From Rubrivivax sp. (GTDB taxonomy: Bacteria > Pseudomonadota > Gammaproteobacteria > Burkholderiales > Burkholderiaceae_C): a DNA stretch of 64,000 nt. Below are positions 38,390 through 46,814 of this stretch, piece after piece. A program made the translations under genes and the position numbers. The stretch is taken from positions 11,234-75,233 of the forward strand of contig JBGAII010000003.1 in the NCBI GenBank assembly GCA_044225625.1, given 5' to 3'. Under the pieces are notes generated by a model. It did not search any database, was not told the DNA's origin, and was given only the letters and a program-made list of their open reading frames with translations. The number at the start of each line of letters is the position of its first letter. Positions within the stretch are counted from its first letter, which is position 1.

Positions 38390-39207
38390 TTCTGCTTCCT
38401 CCGGTTTCTCATCGGACTGAATTGTTGGCGCAGCGTGGGCAGCCCGACGCCCATCGCTTCGAAACCGCCGTCGGCGGCCAGGGTTTGACCGTTGATGTAG
38501 CTTGCCTCGTCGCTGCACAGGAAGACGACCGCGTTGGCGATCTCTTCCGGCGTGCCATAGCGCTCGAGCGGAATGACGTCGTGGTAGTCCGAGCGGATGG
38601 CGACGCTGTGCACGAGCTTGGCCATGTCGGTATCGACGGGCCCCGGCGCGACGCAATTGACGCGGATGCCGGCGGTGCCGAGCTCCACCGCGTACTGCTT
38701 CGTCAAGTGGATCAGCGCCGCCTTGCTGGTGCCGTACGCGACGCGCAGCGTGCTGGCGCGCAGGCCCGAGATCGACGCGATGTTGACGATGGCGCCGCCG
38801 CCATTCGCCAGCATGTAAGGCGCGCAGGTGTGCGTGCAGTTGAACGCGCCGCCCAGGTTCGTCGCGAGCACCTTCTGCCATTCGGCGAACGACGTCTCCA
38901 GGATCGGCTTGAAGATCGCGATGCCCGCGTTGTTCACCAGTGCGTCGATGCGGCCGAAGTGCTTCGCGACCTTGGCGATTGCCTTATCCACCTGCTTGGC
39001 GTCGGACACGTCGCAGTGGAGCGCGAGCACGCGGGCCTTGTCCGCCAGCGCCTTGTAGGTGGCCTTCAGCGTCTTGCCGTCGATGTCGAGCAGCGCGACG
39101 CGATAGCCTTGCGCGAGGAAGCGCCGCGCGATGGCGAGGCCGATGCCGCGCGCGCCGCCGGTGACGATGGCGACGCGGGACGAGGCGGATGTGCGGGACC
39201 TGGGCAT
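38386..39207 (-). CDS. SDR family NAD(P)-dependent oxidoreductase.
   Basis: Starts MPRSRTSASSRVAIVTGGARGIGLAIARRF with the TGxxxGIG motif. Also NNAG and a YxxxK catalytic motif. Confidence 0.85.
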   Translation of the reverse strand: MPRSRTSASSRVAIVTGGARGIGLAIARRFLAQGYRVALLDIDGKTLKATYKALADKARVLALHCDVSDAKQVDKAIAKVAKHFGRIDALVNNAGIAIFKPILETSFAEWQKVLATNLGGAFNCTHTCAPYMLANGGGAIVNIASISGLRASTLRVAYGTSKAALIHLTKQYAVELGTAGIRVNCVAPGPVDTDMAKLVHSVAIRSDYHDVIPLERYGTPEEIANAVVFLCSDEASYINGQTLAADGGFEAMGVGLPTLRQQFSPMRNRRKQK

Positions 39208-39309
39208 GGCGGCACGGGCGTGAAGACACGGGGTCCGCAGTGTACGACGCCTGCGTTTTGCGCCGCAGCGTCCGCTGGTGGATGAAGCGACCGCCCTGCG
39301 GGCGCGCAC

Positions 39310-39714
39310 TCAGGAATCGCCGTCGACCAGGTTGCGCAACTGCTGGCGCAGCGCCTTGCGCCCGGCGACATTGGTGGCACGATAGGCCGCCAACGCGAGG
39401 TCGAGGAACGCGGCCTCCGCTGCGGACGGACCCGCAGCCGCATGCATCACGTCGAGCCATCCGGCCGGCTGTCCGCAGCAGTGCTCGATTTGCCGCGCGA
39501 GCTTGTCGCCGATGGGACGTGAGGCCTTGACCTGGCTCCACATGCTGGGCGAGATCTGGAGCGCAGCGGCGAACGCCTGTTCGAGGCCCTTGGGCCCGGC
39601 ACCCGCGGCGAACGCCTTCTCGGCGTGTTCGTGGAACAGCCGCAGCACGTTCTGGCGACGGGTGACGGTGACGTTGCTCACGCGGTGTGGCCTCGCTGCA
39701 ACAAGGGACGCCAC
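39310..39714 (-). CDS. Hypothetical small protein, possibly an HTH DNA-binding protein.
   Basis: 134 aa ORF of reasonable composition, with a Cro/CI-like stretch LQISPSMWSQVKASRPIGDKLARQIE. The start codon is uncertain. Confidence 0.35.
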   Translation of the reverse strand: MASLVAARPHRVSNVTVTRRQNVLRLFHEHAEKAFAAGAGPKGLEQAFAAALQISPSMWSQVKASRPIGDKLARQIEHCCGQPAGWLDVMHAAAGPSAAEAAFLDLALAAYRATNVAGRKALRQQLRNLVDGDS

Positions 39715-39731
39715 GCATTGTCGCAGAGGGG

Positions 39732-39760
39732 TTGACGGTGTCGTAAAGAGTCTTTACAGT
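39732..39760 (+). promoter_or_regulatory. Sigma-70-like promoter: TTGACG - 17 nt - TACAGT.
   Basis: Read directly in the low-GC intergenic stretch. It points into a region with no convincing ORF. Confidence 0.4.
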
Positions 39761-39766
39761 CCGCCT

Positions 39767-40038
39767 CCTTGCAATGCAATCTGCATCGTTCGACTGAAGC
39801 TGTGCCCATGACCATTTCGTTCATCGCCCTGCCAACGCGCCCCGAAACGGGTGCGTCCGCGCTCGTTCGCGCGGCGCGCTGTTTTGACGCGCCGAAGCGC
39901 GCGTGCAATGGCGTGCATCGGTTTTATGGACAGCGGTTGGATTGCAACACCCCGGGAAGGCGGCTCGTGTAAACGCAGCCGCCCACGCTCTGTTCGACAG
40001 AGGCCCGGAGACCGCAAGGTTCCGGGCCTTTTTGTTTT
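39767..40038 (+). ncRNA. Candidate small RNA of about 270 nt, bounded by a consensus-like promoter and an intrinsic terminator. Alternatively a leaderless mRNA for a 54-67 aa peptide.
   Basis: The promoter at 39732-39760 and the terminator at 40002-40038 bracket a GC-rich, stem-rich segment. The only ORF (39769..39972) lacks an RBS. Confidence 0.35.
40002..40038 (+). terminator. Rho-independent terminator: GGCCCGGA-loop-TCCGGGCC followed by TTTTTGTTTT.
   Basis: An 8 bp GC stem with an 11 nt loop and a T-tract, read directly. Confidence 0.6.
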
Positions 40039-40494
40039 GCGCATGACCTACGCACGGCAACGTGCGTGACGCGATTGGAAGGATCGCGCCGCGGTGGCAA
40101 CAGGATCGCGGACGCTCTTTGACAATTCGGACGAGGCAACGGCCGGCGCAAGCCGCGCCGCCCGTTGCCTCCACTTCGGGTGTGCCCATGCACTCCGCGA
40201 CCAGGCCACAGGGTGCTGCTGGTCCGGGATGTGCGTGGCCCGCAGCCGGGCCCCGTGCAGCGAAAACACGACGTCCGTCGGGACGCTCGCGCGTGGGCAC
40301 AGCCGAAGTGGAGCAACGGATCGCCGCATGCGCGATCCACGAAATCGCCGCCAAGCCCGAGGCTTGCCGGCAACAGCATCTGTCGTGAAAGGCAAACGCT
40401 CACAGGCCGGGGATTCGCAAGTCCCGCCGGTGCGCGGCAACCGGGTCAGCCCGTCGTTGTCGCGTATGCCGCGCTGCCGGAAGCGATCGATACC

Positions 40495-40553
40495 GGTGAC
40501 ACAGTGGTCTGCCGCAGTGCGCTGGCCAGGTTCGATTCCTGGTGTCACCGCCC
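40495..40553 (+). ncRNA. tRNA-mimic mini-element.
   Basis: A perfect 7 bp acceptor-like stem (GGTGACA/TGTCACC) flanks a 24 nt spacer. A perfect T-arm (CCAGG-TTCGATT-CCTGG) follows, then G and CCC. It is too short to hold D and anticodon arms, so it is not a complete tRNA gene. Confidence 0.35.
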
Positions 40554-40623
40554 CTGGATAGCTCAGTGGGTAGAGCAACGACCTCATCAGTCGTGTGTCG
40601 CGGGTTCGAGTCCGCTCCAAAGC
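40552..40623 (+). tRNA. tRNA-like gene with CAU anticodon (Met/Ile2-type), degenerate and possibly a pseudogene or tRNA mimic.
   Basis: Canonical D-arm (TAGCTCAGTGGGTAGAGC). Perfect anticodon stem ACGAC/GTCGT with loop CTCATCA. T-loop GGTTCGAGTCC. However, the acceptor stem pairs at only 5 of 7 positions (CCCTGGA vs TCCAAAG), the T-stem is 4 bp with an 8-nt loop, position 37 is C, and no CCA is encoded. Confidence 0.4.
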
Positions 40624-40871
40624 CTTGTAAAGGGCCGCAAGGCCAAACGCCGGACGTGCGGCGCGGAACGTTGTACCTGCGCGCGCATCAGCGGCGCCCG
40701 TCCGTGCGGCGAGCACGCGAAGGTTTCGCGGCCACGGCCAGCGGAAGCGGTTCGCAGTCTGAACGCCGCCAACGCGCACCGGGGTTCCGGGCGTTCGCAC
40801 TCGTCGTCCGCGGTCGCCGCTGTAACGGCAACTATTTGTCAACACGCTTCCAACCAGGAAGGAGAACTCCC

Positions 40872-42008
40872 GTGAAGATCAAGCGTGTCACCGTGAAGAA
40901 GAACGAACGTGGAATCCTGCTGCGCAACGGCGACTTCGAGCGCGTGCTGCGCCCGGGCGCGTACTGGCTGTTCACGCTCGTCGACGAGCTGACGGTCGAG
41001 CGCTACGCACTCGAGCAGCCGGCGTTCATCGGCCCGCTGGCCGATTACCTGATGGCGGCCGAGCCGGCCGTCGTCGCGGCGGATTTCGTGCGTGTCGATC
41101 TCGGCGAAACCGAAGTCGGGCTGCGCACCGAGAACGGCACGCTGGTCGAGGTGCTGGCGCCGGGCACCCGTCGCCTGTACTGGAAGGGTCTCGTCGACGT
41201 GCGCGTCGAGGTGATCGACATCGGTGCGACGGCCGCGGTGTCGCCGGCGATCGCGTCGCGCTTCGTGCAGACGCAACTGCGTTCGCGCTCGGTGGCGGGG
41301 CTCGCGGGCGTGGCGCAGGTGCAGGTGCCGGAGTACGGCGCGGCGCTGCTGTGGATCGACGGCAAGGTCGAGCGGCTGCTCGAGCCGGGCTCGTATGCGT
41401 TCTGGAAGTTCAACCGGAACGTGGTCGTGGAGCTGGTGGACCTGCGTCTGCAGGCGCTCGAAGTGACCGGGCAGGAGATCCTGACGCGCGACAAGGTCGC
41501 GCTGCGGATCAACCTGTCGGCCACCTGGCGCTTCACGGACGTGCTGAAGGCCTACCGCGAACTCGCCAAGCCGGCGGAACAGCTGTATCGCGAGCTGCAG
41601 TTCGGACTGCGTTCGGCGGTCGGGACGCGTTCGCTCGACGAGCTGCTGGAGAACAAGACGGTGATCGACGACGTCGTGATCGCGCAGGCGACCGCCAAGC
41701 TCGCAGGCTATGGCCTGAAGCTCGAAGGCGTTGGCGTGAAGGACATCGTGCTCCCGGGCGAGATGAAGACCATCCTCGCCCAGGTGGTCGAGGCCGGCAA
41801 GTCGGCCGAGGCCAACGTGATCCGTCGTCGCGAGGAAACCGCCGCGACGCGTTCGCTGCTCAACACGGCCAAGGTGATGGAGGACAACCCCGTCGCGCTG
41901 CGCCTGAAGGAGCTGGAAACGCTGGAGCGCGTGGCCGAGCGCATCGACCGGATCTCCGTGTACGGGGGCCTGGACCAGGTGCTGAACGGCCTCGTGAAGC
42001 TGCGCTGA
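40872..42008 (+). CDS. Slipin / SPFH (band-7) domain protein.
   Basis: GTG start (VKIKRVTVKKNERGILLRNGDFERVLRPGAYWLF) with a GGAAGGAGAA RBS. SPFH core and a C-terminal coiled-coil region. Confidence 0.8.
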   Translation: MKIKRVTVKKNERGILLRNGDFERVLRPGAYWLFTLVDELTVERYALEQPAFIGPLADYLMAAEPAVVAADFVRVDLGETEVGLRTENGTLVEVLAPGTRRLYWKGLVDVRVEVIDIGATAAVSPAIASRFVQTQLRSRSVAGLAGVAQVQVPEYGAALLWIDGKVERLLEPGSYAFWKFNRNVVVELVDLRLQALEVTGQEILTRDKVALRINLSATWRFTDVLKAYRELAKPAEQLYRELQFGLRSAVGTRSLDELLENKTVIDDVVIAQATAKLAGYGLKLEGVGVKDIVLPGEMKTILAQVVEAGKSAEANVIRRREETAATRSLLNTAKVMEDNPVALRLKELETLERVAERIDRISVYGGLDQVLNGLVKLR

Positions 42009-42105
42009 GCCGCTTTGAGGCGATTGTCATGCACCGTAAGGTGCACGTTGGGGGAGGCTGCATTGGCAGCCTCCCCTGGAATGTGAGAATGGTGATGGAA
42101 ACTGA

Positions 42106-43326
42106 ATGATGGAAACGAACTGGATTCATGAAGACGTGGGCGGCGGCGTGCCGCTCAAGATGTGGACGCGCGGCGTGCCCATCGAGGACGAGGCGAAGCG
42201 CCAGCTGCAGAACACGGCGCGCCTGCCGATCGTCTTCCGCCACATCGCTGCGATGCCCGATGTGCATTTCGGCATCGGCGCGACCGTCGGCTCGGTGATT
42301 CCCACCGTGAAGGCGATCATTCCCGCCGCGGTCGGCGTGGACATCGGCTGCGGCATGATGGCCTGCAAGACGACGCTGACGGCCGAGGACCTGCCCGACA
42401 ACCTGGCGCCGCTGCGCGCGGCCATCGAGCGCGCGGTGCCGCATGGCCGCACGCCCGGCAGCCGCGACCCCGGTGCGTGGCAAACGCCGCCCGGTACGGT
42501 TGGTACGGCATGGGCGCAACTCGAGCCGGCGTTCACGGAGCTCTGCCGCGACTTCCCCAAGCTGGCCAAGACCAACCACATCCAGCACCTGGGCACGCTG
42601 GGCAGCGGCAACCATTTCATCGAGGTCTGCCTCGACGAGGCGGGCGCCGTGTGGTTCATGCTGCATTCGGGCTCGCGCGGCGTGGGCAACGCGATCGGGA
42701 CGATGTTCATCGAGCTCGCGAAGCAGGACGCGCTGCGTCACGAGGCGCACCTGCCGGATCGCGACCTGGCTTATTTCGAGGAAGGCAGCCGTCATTTCGA
42801 CGACTACGTCCGCGCGGTGAGCTGGGCCCAGCGCTTCGCGGCGATCAACCGCGAGGTGATGATGCGGCGCGTGATCGAGGCGACGAAGACGGTGCTGCGC
42901 AAGAACTTCCAGACGCACGTCGAGGCGGTGAACTGTCACCACAACTACGTGCAGAAGGAGCGCCACTTCGAAACCGACGTCTACGTCACCCGTAAGGGTG
43001 CGGTCAACGCGAAGGCGGGTCAGCTGGGCATCATCCCGGGCAGCATGGGCGCGCGCAGCTACATCGTGCGCGGCAAGGGCAACCGCGAGTCGTTCGAGTC
43101 CTGCTCGCACGGCGCGGGCCGCGCCATGAGCCGCGGCGAAGCCAAGCGCCGCTTCACGCTGGCCGACCATCGCGCCGCCACCGAAGGCGTCGAATGCCGG
43201 AAGGACAAGGACGTCATCGACGAGACGCCCGCGGCCTACAAGGACATCGACGCCGTGATGGAGGCGCAACGCGACCTGGTCGACGTCGTGCACACGTTGA
43301 AGCAGGTGGTGTGCGTGAAGGGTTAG
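42106..43326 (+). CDS. rtcB: RNA-splicing ligase RtcB (3'-phosphate/5'-OH RNA ligase).
   Basis: 406 aa with diagnostic RtcB motifs throughout: MPDVHFGIGATVGSV, GVDIGCGM, GSGNHFIE, NCHHNY, GSMGARSYIV and SCSHGAGR. Confidence 0.9.
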   Translation: MMETNWIHEDVGGGVPLKMWTRGVPIEDEAKRQLQNTARLPIVFRHIAAMPDVHFGIGATVGSVIPTVKAIIPAAVGVDIGCGMMACKTTLTAEDLPDNLAPLRAAIERAVPHGRTPGSRDPGAWQTPPGTVGTAWAQLEPAFTELCRDFPKLAKTNHIQHLGTLGSGNHFIEVCLDEAGAVWFMLHSGSRGVGNAIGTMFIELAKQDALRHEAHLPDRDLAYFEEGSRHFDDYVRAVSWAQRFAAINREVMMRRVIEATKTVLRKNFQTHVEAVNCHHNYVQKERHFETDVYVTRKGAVNAKAGQLGIIPGSMGARSYIVRGKGNRESFESCSHGAGRAMSRGEAKRRFTLADHRAATEGVECRKDKDVIDETPAAYKDIDAVMEAQRDLVDVVHTLKQVVCVKG

Positions 43327-43338
43327 GCAGCAACGAAG

Positions 43339-43368
43339 GCGCCCGGCGAGAGCCGGGCGCTTTTTTTT
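43339..43368 (+). terminator. Rho-independent terminator after rtcB: GCGCCCGGC-GAGA-GCCGGGCGC followed by TTTTTTTT.
   Basis: A 9 bp GC stem, tetraloop and an 8-T tract, read directly. Confidence 0.65.
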
Positions 43369-43419
43369 CGTCGAGTCGCCAAGTCCGGCGTCATGCGCGG
43401 GCGGCCGCCCGCCATCTGT

Positions 43420-44745
43420 TCAAGGCACCAGCCGCCGCCCGGGCAAGGCCAGCTGCGGCAGCAGCTTGGGCACGTCGCGCCGCGCGAAGCGCCGAATGCG
43501 CCAACCGTTGACCAGCGCATAGACGATCATCCACAGCGGCAGCGACAACAGCGCCATCAGGAAGCCGCCCACGACAGGCGCCACCATCTTGTCCCGCAGC
43601 AGATAGGTGGAACTGCCCAGTTGCCAGGCGAGCACCAGCAGCGGGACGAAGATCCAGCCGCGCATCGACAGGATGCCGCCGAGCGCATCGTCGATGATCG
43701 TCGCGCGTTCCGCCCGCGTATGGTTGCGGAACAGCACCCATTCGCCTTCCTTGCGCAGGCGCCGGCTGGCGATCAGGCCGGAGATCGAGTCCCCGTTCGC
43801 GGCGCGCAACTCGGCGCCGGTCACGTGGACCGGTAGCGACCCGTTCGCAGTCACGAGGTCGAACGCCTCGTGGTGGCTCGACGACGACTGGCTGGTGCGG
43901 CTCCAGACCCGGCCCCACTGGTCGATCCGCTCGGTGATCGTGGTCGTGGTTTCCGTCCATACGCGGTAGTTGCTGATGGTGCCGGACCGCGCAGCGAGCG
44001 CGTAGCGCCGCAAGCCGGCGCGGATGTACGGCGGCTCGCCGGTCACGTCGAACGGCATCAGCTCGCGCGCGAGCAACAGCAGCAACAGCACGCCGAAGAT
44101 CGCGCAGATCTGCACGGTGGCCTGGCGCTCCAGCGGCGACATCTGCGACCACGCCGACGGCTTGTAGTTCGGGTCCTGCGCCGCGATCCGCTGGCGCTCG
44201 TTCTCGCGCAGCGCCTGGAGGTTCGCCGCGTCGGCGCCCATCGTGTCGAGGTAGAGTTTGTGGAAGCCGGGCGAGAAGTAGCGCTTCAGCAGGTCGTCGC
44301 GCAGTTCGTCGCTGTTCTGGTACGCGTTGAGCCCGCCGACCCATTTCGCGCGCGGCGAGTCCATCGTGTCCTGTTTGGGATCGAACGTGGCGAACGCCTG
44401 TTTCTGCAGGCGCCCCGAGGCTGCGGCGTAGTCGTCGAGCAGCTTGCGCTCGCCGGGCGCGTAGTCGTTGTGGAAGCGACGATTGCCGGCGAGCTCCTGG
44501 ATCATCCGGCGCAGCCGGTTGAGCGCACCGGCCTGGTGTTGCAGCGTGTCCAGCGCGTCCGTCCCCTTCGCGTCGGCGATCACGCGCTCCGCGGTGGGGA
44601 ATTCGGCGAGATACCGCGGGTCCGGGGTGGCGGTGCCGTTGCCCGCCGGCTGCGCGGCGGCGCCGAAGGCGATCGAGAGCAAGGCGGCAAGCAGCAACAG
44701 GCAGCGCGCGGCAGCCCGCGCCGCGGGCAAGGACGATGGAAGCAC
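43420..44745 (-). CDS. Hypothetical membrane-anchored protein with an N-terminal signal peptide and C-terminal TM segments.
   Basis: 441 aa ORF. Starts MLPSSLPAARAAARCLLLLAALLSIAFGAAAQP. Two to three hydrophobic helices near the C-terminus. No recognisable domain. Confidence 0.5.
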   Translation of the reverse strand: MLPSSLPAARAAARCLLLLAALLSIAFGAAAQPAGNGTATPDPRYLAEFPTAERVIADAKGTDALDTLQHQAGALNRLRRMIQELAGNRRFHNDYAPGERKLLDDYAAASGRLQKQAFATFDPKQDTMDSPRAKWVGGLNAYQNSDELRDDLLKRYFSPGFHKLYLDTMGADAANLQALRENERQRIAAQDPNYKPSAWSQMSPLERQATVQICAIFGVLLLLLLARELMPFDVTGEPPYIRAGLRRYALAARSGTISNYRVWTETTTTITERIDQWGRVWSRTSQSSSSHHEAFDLVTANGSLPVHVTGAELRAANGDSISGLIASRRLRKEGEWVLFRNHTRAERATIIDDALGGILSMRGWIFVPLLVLAWQLGSSTYLLRDKMVAPVVGGFLMALLSLPLWMIVYALVNGWRIRRFARRDVPKLLPQLALPGRRLVP

Positions 44746-44829
44746 GAGCGGAAATCCGGACAGCGGGTGTTGCGATCGACGGAGGTAGTTGCCTCCGTCA
44801 CGGCGATGCGCGCCGAAGTCCCTGCGCGC

Positions 44830-45696
44830 CTACTCGATATTCTGCACCTGCTCGCGCATCTGCTCAATCAGCACCTTGAGCTCGAGCGACACGTTCGACA
44901 GCTCGGCGTCGACGGATTTCGAGCCGAGCGTGTTCGCTTCACGATGCAGTTCCTGCGCCAGGAAATCGAGCCGCTTGCCTGCCGCGCCGCCGGCGTTCAG
45001 CACGCGCTTCACTTCGCCGACGTGCGTCTTCAGCCGCTCCACTTCCTCCGCGACGTCGACTTTCGTTGCGAACAGCGCCAGCTCCTGTTTCATCCGCTCG
45101 TCGCCGGCATCGGCGCCGATCTCGCGCAGCTTGGCGCCGAGCTTGTCCATGTACGCGGCCTGGATCGCGGGGATGCGCGGGGCCACGCGCTGCACCTGCG
45201 CGAGGATCGCGTCACACGCGCCCGTGAGCATCGCCTTGATCTTGTCGCCTTCGCGGGCGCGCGACGCGGCGAGGTCGGACAGCGCCTGGTTGACGAGTTC
45301 GTGCACGCGCGCGGCGAGCGCCTCCGCCGGCACGGACGTTTCGGCGACGACGCCGGGCCAGCGCAGCACCTCCGCGGTGGTCAGCGGCGCGATGCCCGGC
45401 ACCAGGCGCGCGACTTCGGCGCCGGCGCGCGCGAGTTCCGCGATGCGGCCGGCGTCCACGGCGAGGCTCGAACTGCCGGCCACCGGCCGCGCCAGGCTGA
45501 TCCGGCACTCGACCTTGCCGCGCTTAAGCTCGGCGGCGATCCGCTCGCGGATGGCGGGCTCCAACAGCCGCAATTCGTCAGGCATCCGCAGGCTCAGGTC
45601 CAGGTAGCGGTGGTTGACGCTGCGCAGTTCGACGGTGAGGGCCAGGCCCGGCCATTCGGCCGATTCCGACGCATAGCCGGTCATGCTGAGAATCAT
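44830..45696 (-). CDS. YicC/YloC family endoribonuclease (stress-induced protein).
   Basis: Starts MILSMTGYASESAEWPGLALTVELRSVNHRYLDLSLRMPDELR, the canonical YicC N-terminal domain, with a DUF1732-type C-terminus. Confidence 0.8.
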   Translation of the reverse strand: MILSMTGYASESAEWPGLALTVELRSVNHRYLDLSLRMPDELRLLEPAIRERIAAELKRGKVECRISLARPVAGSSSLAVDAGRIAELARAGAEVARLVPGIAPLTTAEVLRWPGVVAETSVPAEALAARVHELVNQALSDLAASRAREGDKIKAMLTGACDAILAQVQRVAPRIPAIQAAYMDKLGAKLREIGADAGDERMKQELALFATKVDVAEEVERLKTHVGEVKRVLNAGGAAGKRLDFLAQELHREANTLGSKSVDAELSNVSLELKVLIEQMREQVQNIE

Positions 45697-45856
45697 CGTG
45701 GGTGTGCGGGACCGCCGGACGGACCCGGTTCGTTGCGCGGGCGCCCATTGTAAGGGACAGGCAGCCCGGTCCGGTGGCACATGAATTGCGGTTCCGCGGG
45801 GAACCTGCGAAACTGGAAAGCCCCTGCGCAGTACAACGCAAGGCCTTGATTTACCG

Positions 45857-46795
45857 ATGGCTGTCACCAACCAATCCCTGCCGGCGAACTATCAGTTGCT
45901 GAACTACCGGATCGACCGGCAGATCAGCCGCGGCGGCTTCTCGATCGTCTACCGCGCGTACGACGAGACGGGCGCGCCCGTCGCCATCAAGGAATACCTG
46001 CCGTCGTCGCTGGTGCTGCGCACGGAAGGCGACATCGTGCGGGCGTCGTCGGCCGAGAACCTCACGTCGTTCCGCTACGGGATGAAGTGCTTCTTCGAGG
46101 AAGGCCGCGCGCTCGCCAAGATCAACCATCCCAACGTCGTGCGCGTGTTGAATTTCTTCCGCGCCAACGAGACGGTGTACATGGTGATGCGCTACGAGCG
46201 CGGGCGCACGCTGCAGCAGCAGATCCAGATGCGCCAGGACCAGATGTCCGAGCGCTTCGTCCGCCACGTGTTCATGCACCTGCTGAACGGCCTGCGCGAA
46301 GTGCACACGCACAAGCTTTTGCACCTCGACATCAAGCCGGCCAACATTTATCTCCGCACCGACGGGACGCCGGTGCTGCTGGACTTCGGCGCCGCGCGGC
46401 AAACGCTCACCAACACGCGCGCGAAGTTGGCGCCGATGTACACGCCGGGCTTCGCGGCGCCGGAGCAGTATCGGGATCCGGACCGCCTCGGGCCCTGGAC
46501 GGACGTGTATGGCGCGGGTGCGTCGATGTTCGCGTGCCTCGCGGCGTTCGCGCCGCAGGCGGCCGACGCGCGCCTGCAGGAAGACCACCTGGTGTCGGCC
46601 AAGAAGATCTGGGCGGGGCAGTACTCGGACAACATCCTCGAGGTGATCGACTGGTGCCTGCGGCTCGACCCGCTGGAGCGGCCGCAGTCGGTTTTCGCGC
46701 TGCAGAAGGCGATCCGCGACATCCCCACCAAGAAGCGCAAGCTCTCGTTCCTGGGCAACGTGAAGAAACTCCTGTTCACCGAAATCGGGGCATAG
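45857..46795 (+). CDS. Serine/threonine protein kinase (Hanks-type), cytosolic with no sensor domain.
   Basis: GxGxxS-like loop (ISRGGFSIVYRAYD), VAIKEY lysine, catalytic HLDIKPANIYL, DFG (LLDFGAA) and APE. Confidence 0.85.
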   Translation: MAVTNQSLPANYQLLNYRIDRQISRGGFSIVYRAYDETGAPVAIKEYLPSSLVLRTEGDIVRASSAENLTSFRYGMKCFFEEGRALAKINHPNVVRVLNFFRANETVYMVMRYERGRTLQQQIQMRQDQMSERFVRHVFMHLLNGLREVHTHKLLHLDIKPANIYLRTDGTPVLLDFGAARQTLTNTRAKLAPMYTPGFAAPEQYRDPDRLGPWTDVYGAGASMFACLAAFAPQAADARLQEDHLVSAKKIWAGQYSDNILEVIDWCLRLDPLERPQSVFALQKAIRDIPTKKRKLSFLGNVKKLLFTEIGA

Positions 46796-46814
46796 GCCAG
46801 GCAACTCCGCGCCC

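Noticed and set aside
40552-40623. Calling this a functional tRNA-Met gene with high confidence.
   Set aside because: The acceptor stem has 2 mismatches, the T-stem is shortened, position 37 is C and there is no CCA. A possible transcription error on my side cannot be excluded, so it is reported as tRNA-like with moderate confidence.
39715-40868. A genomic-island boundary or prophage att site, suggested by the partial tRNA copies.
   Set aside because: No integrase, transposase or direct repeat of the tRNA 3' end was found in the window. GC content outside the 330-bp promoter stretch is native. It is reported only as a possibility within the tRNA-like finding.
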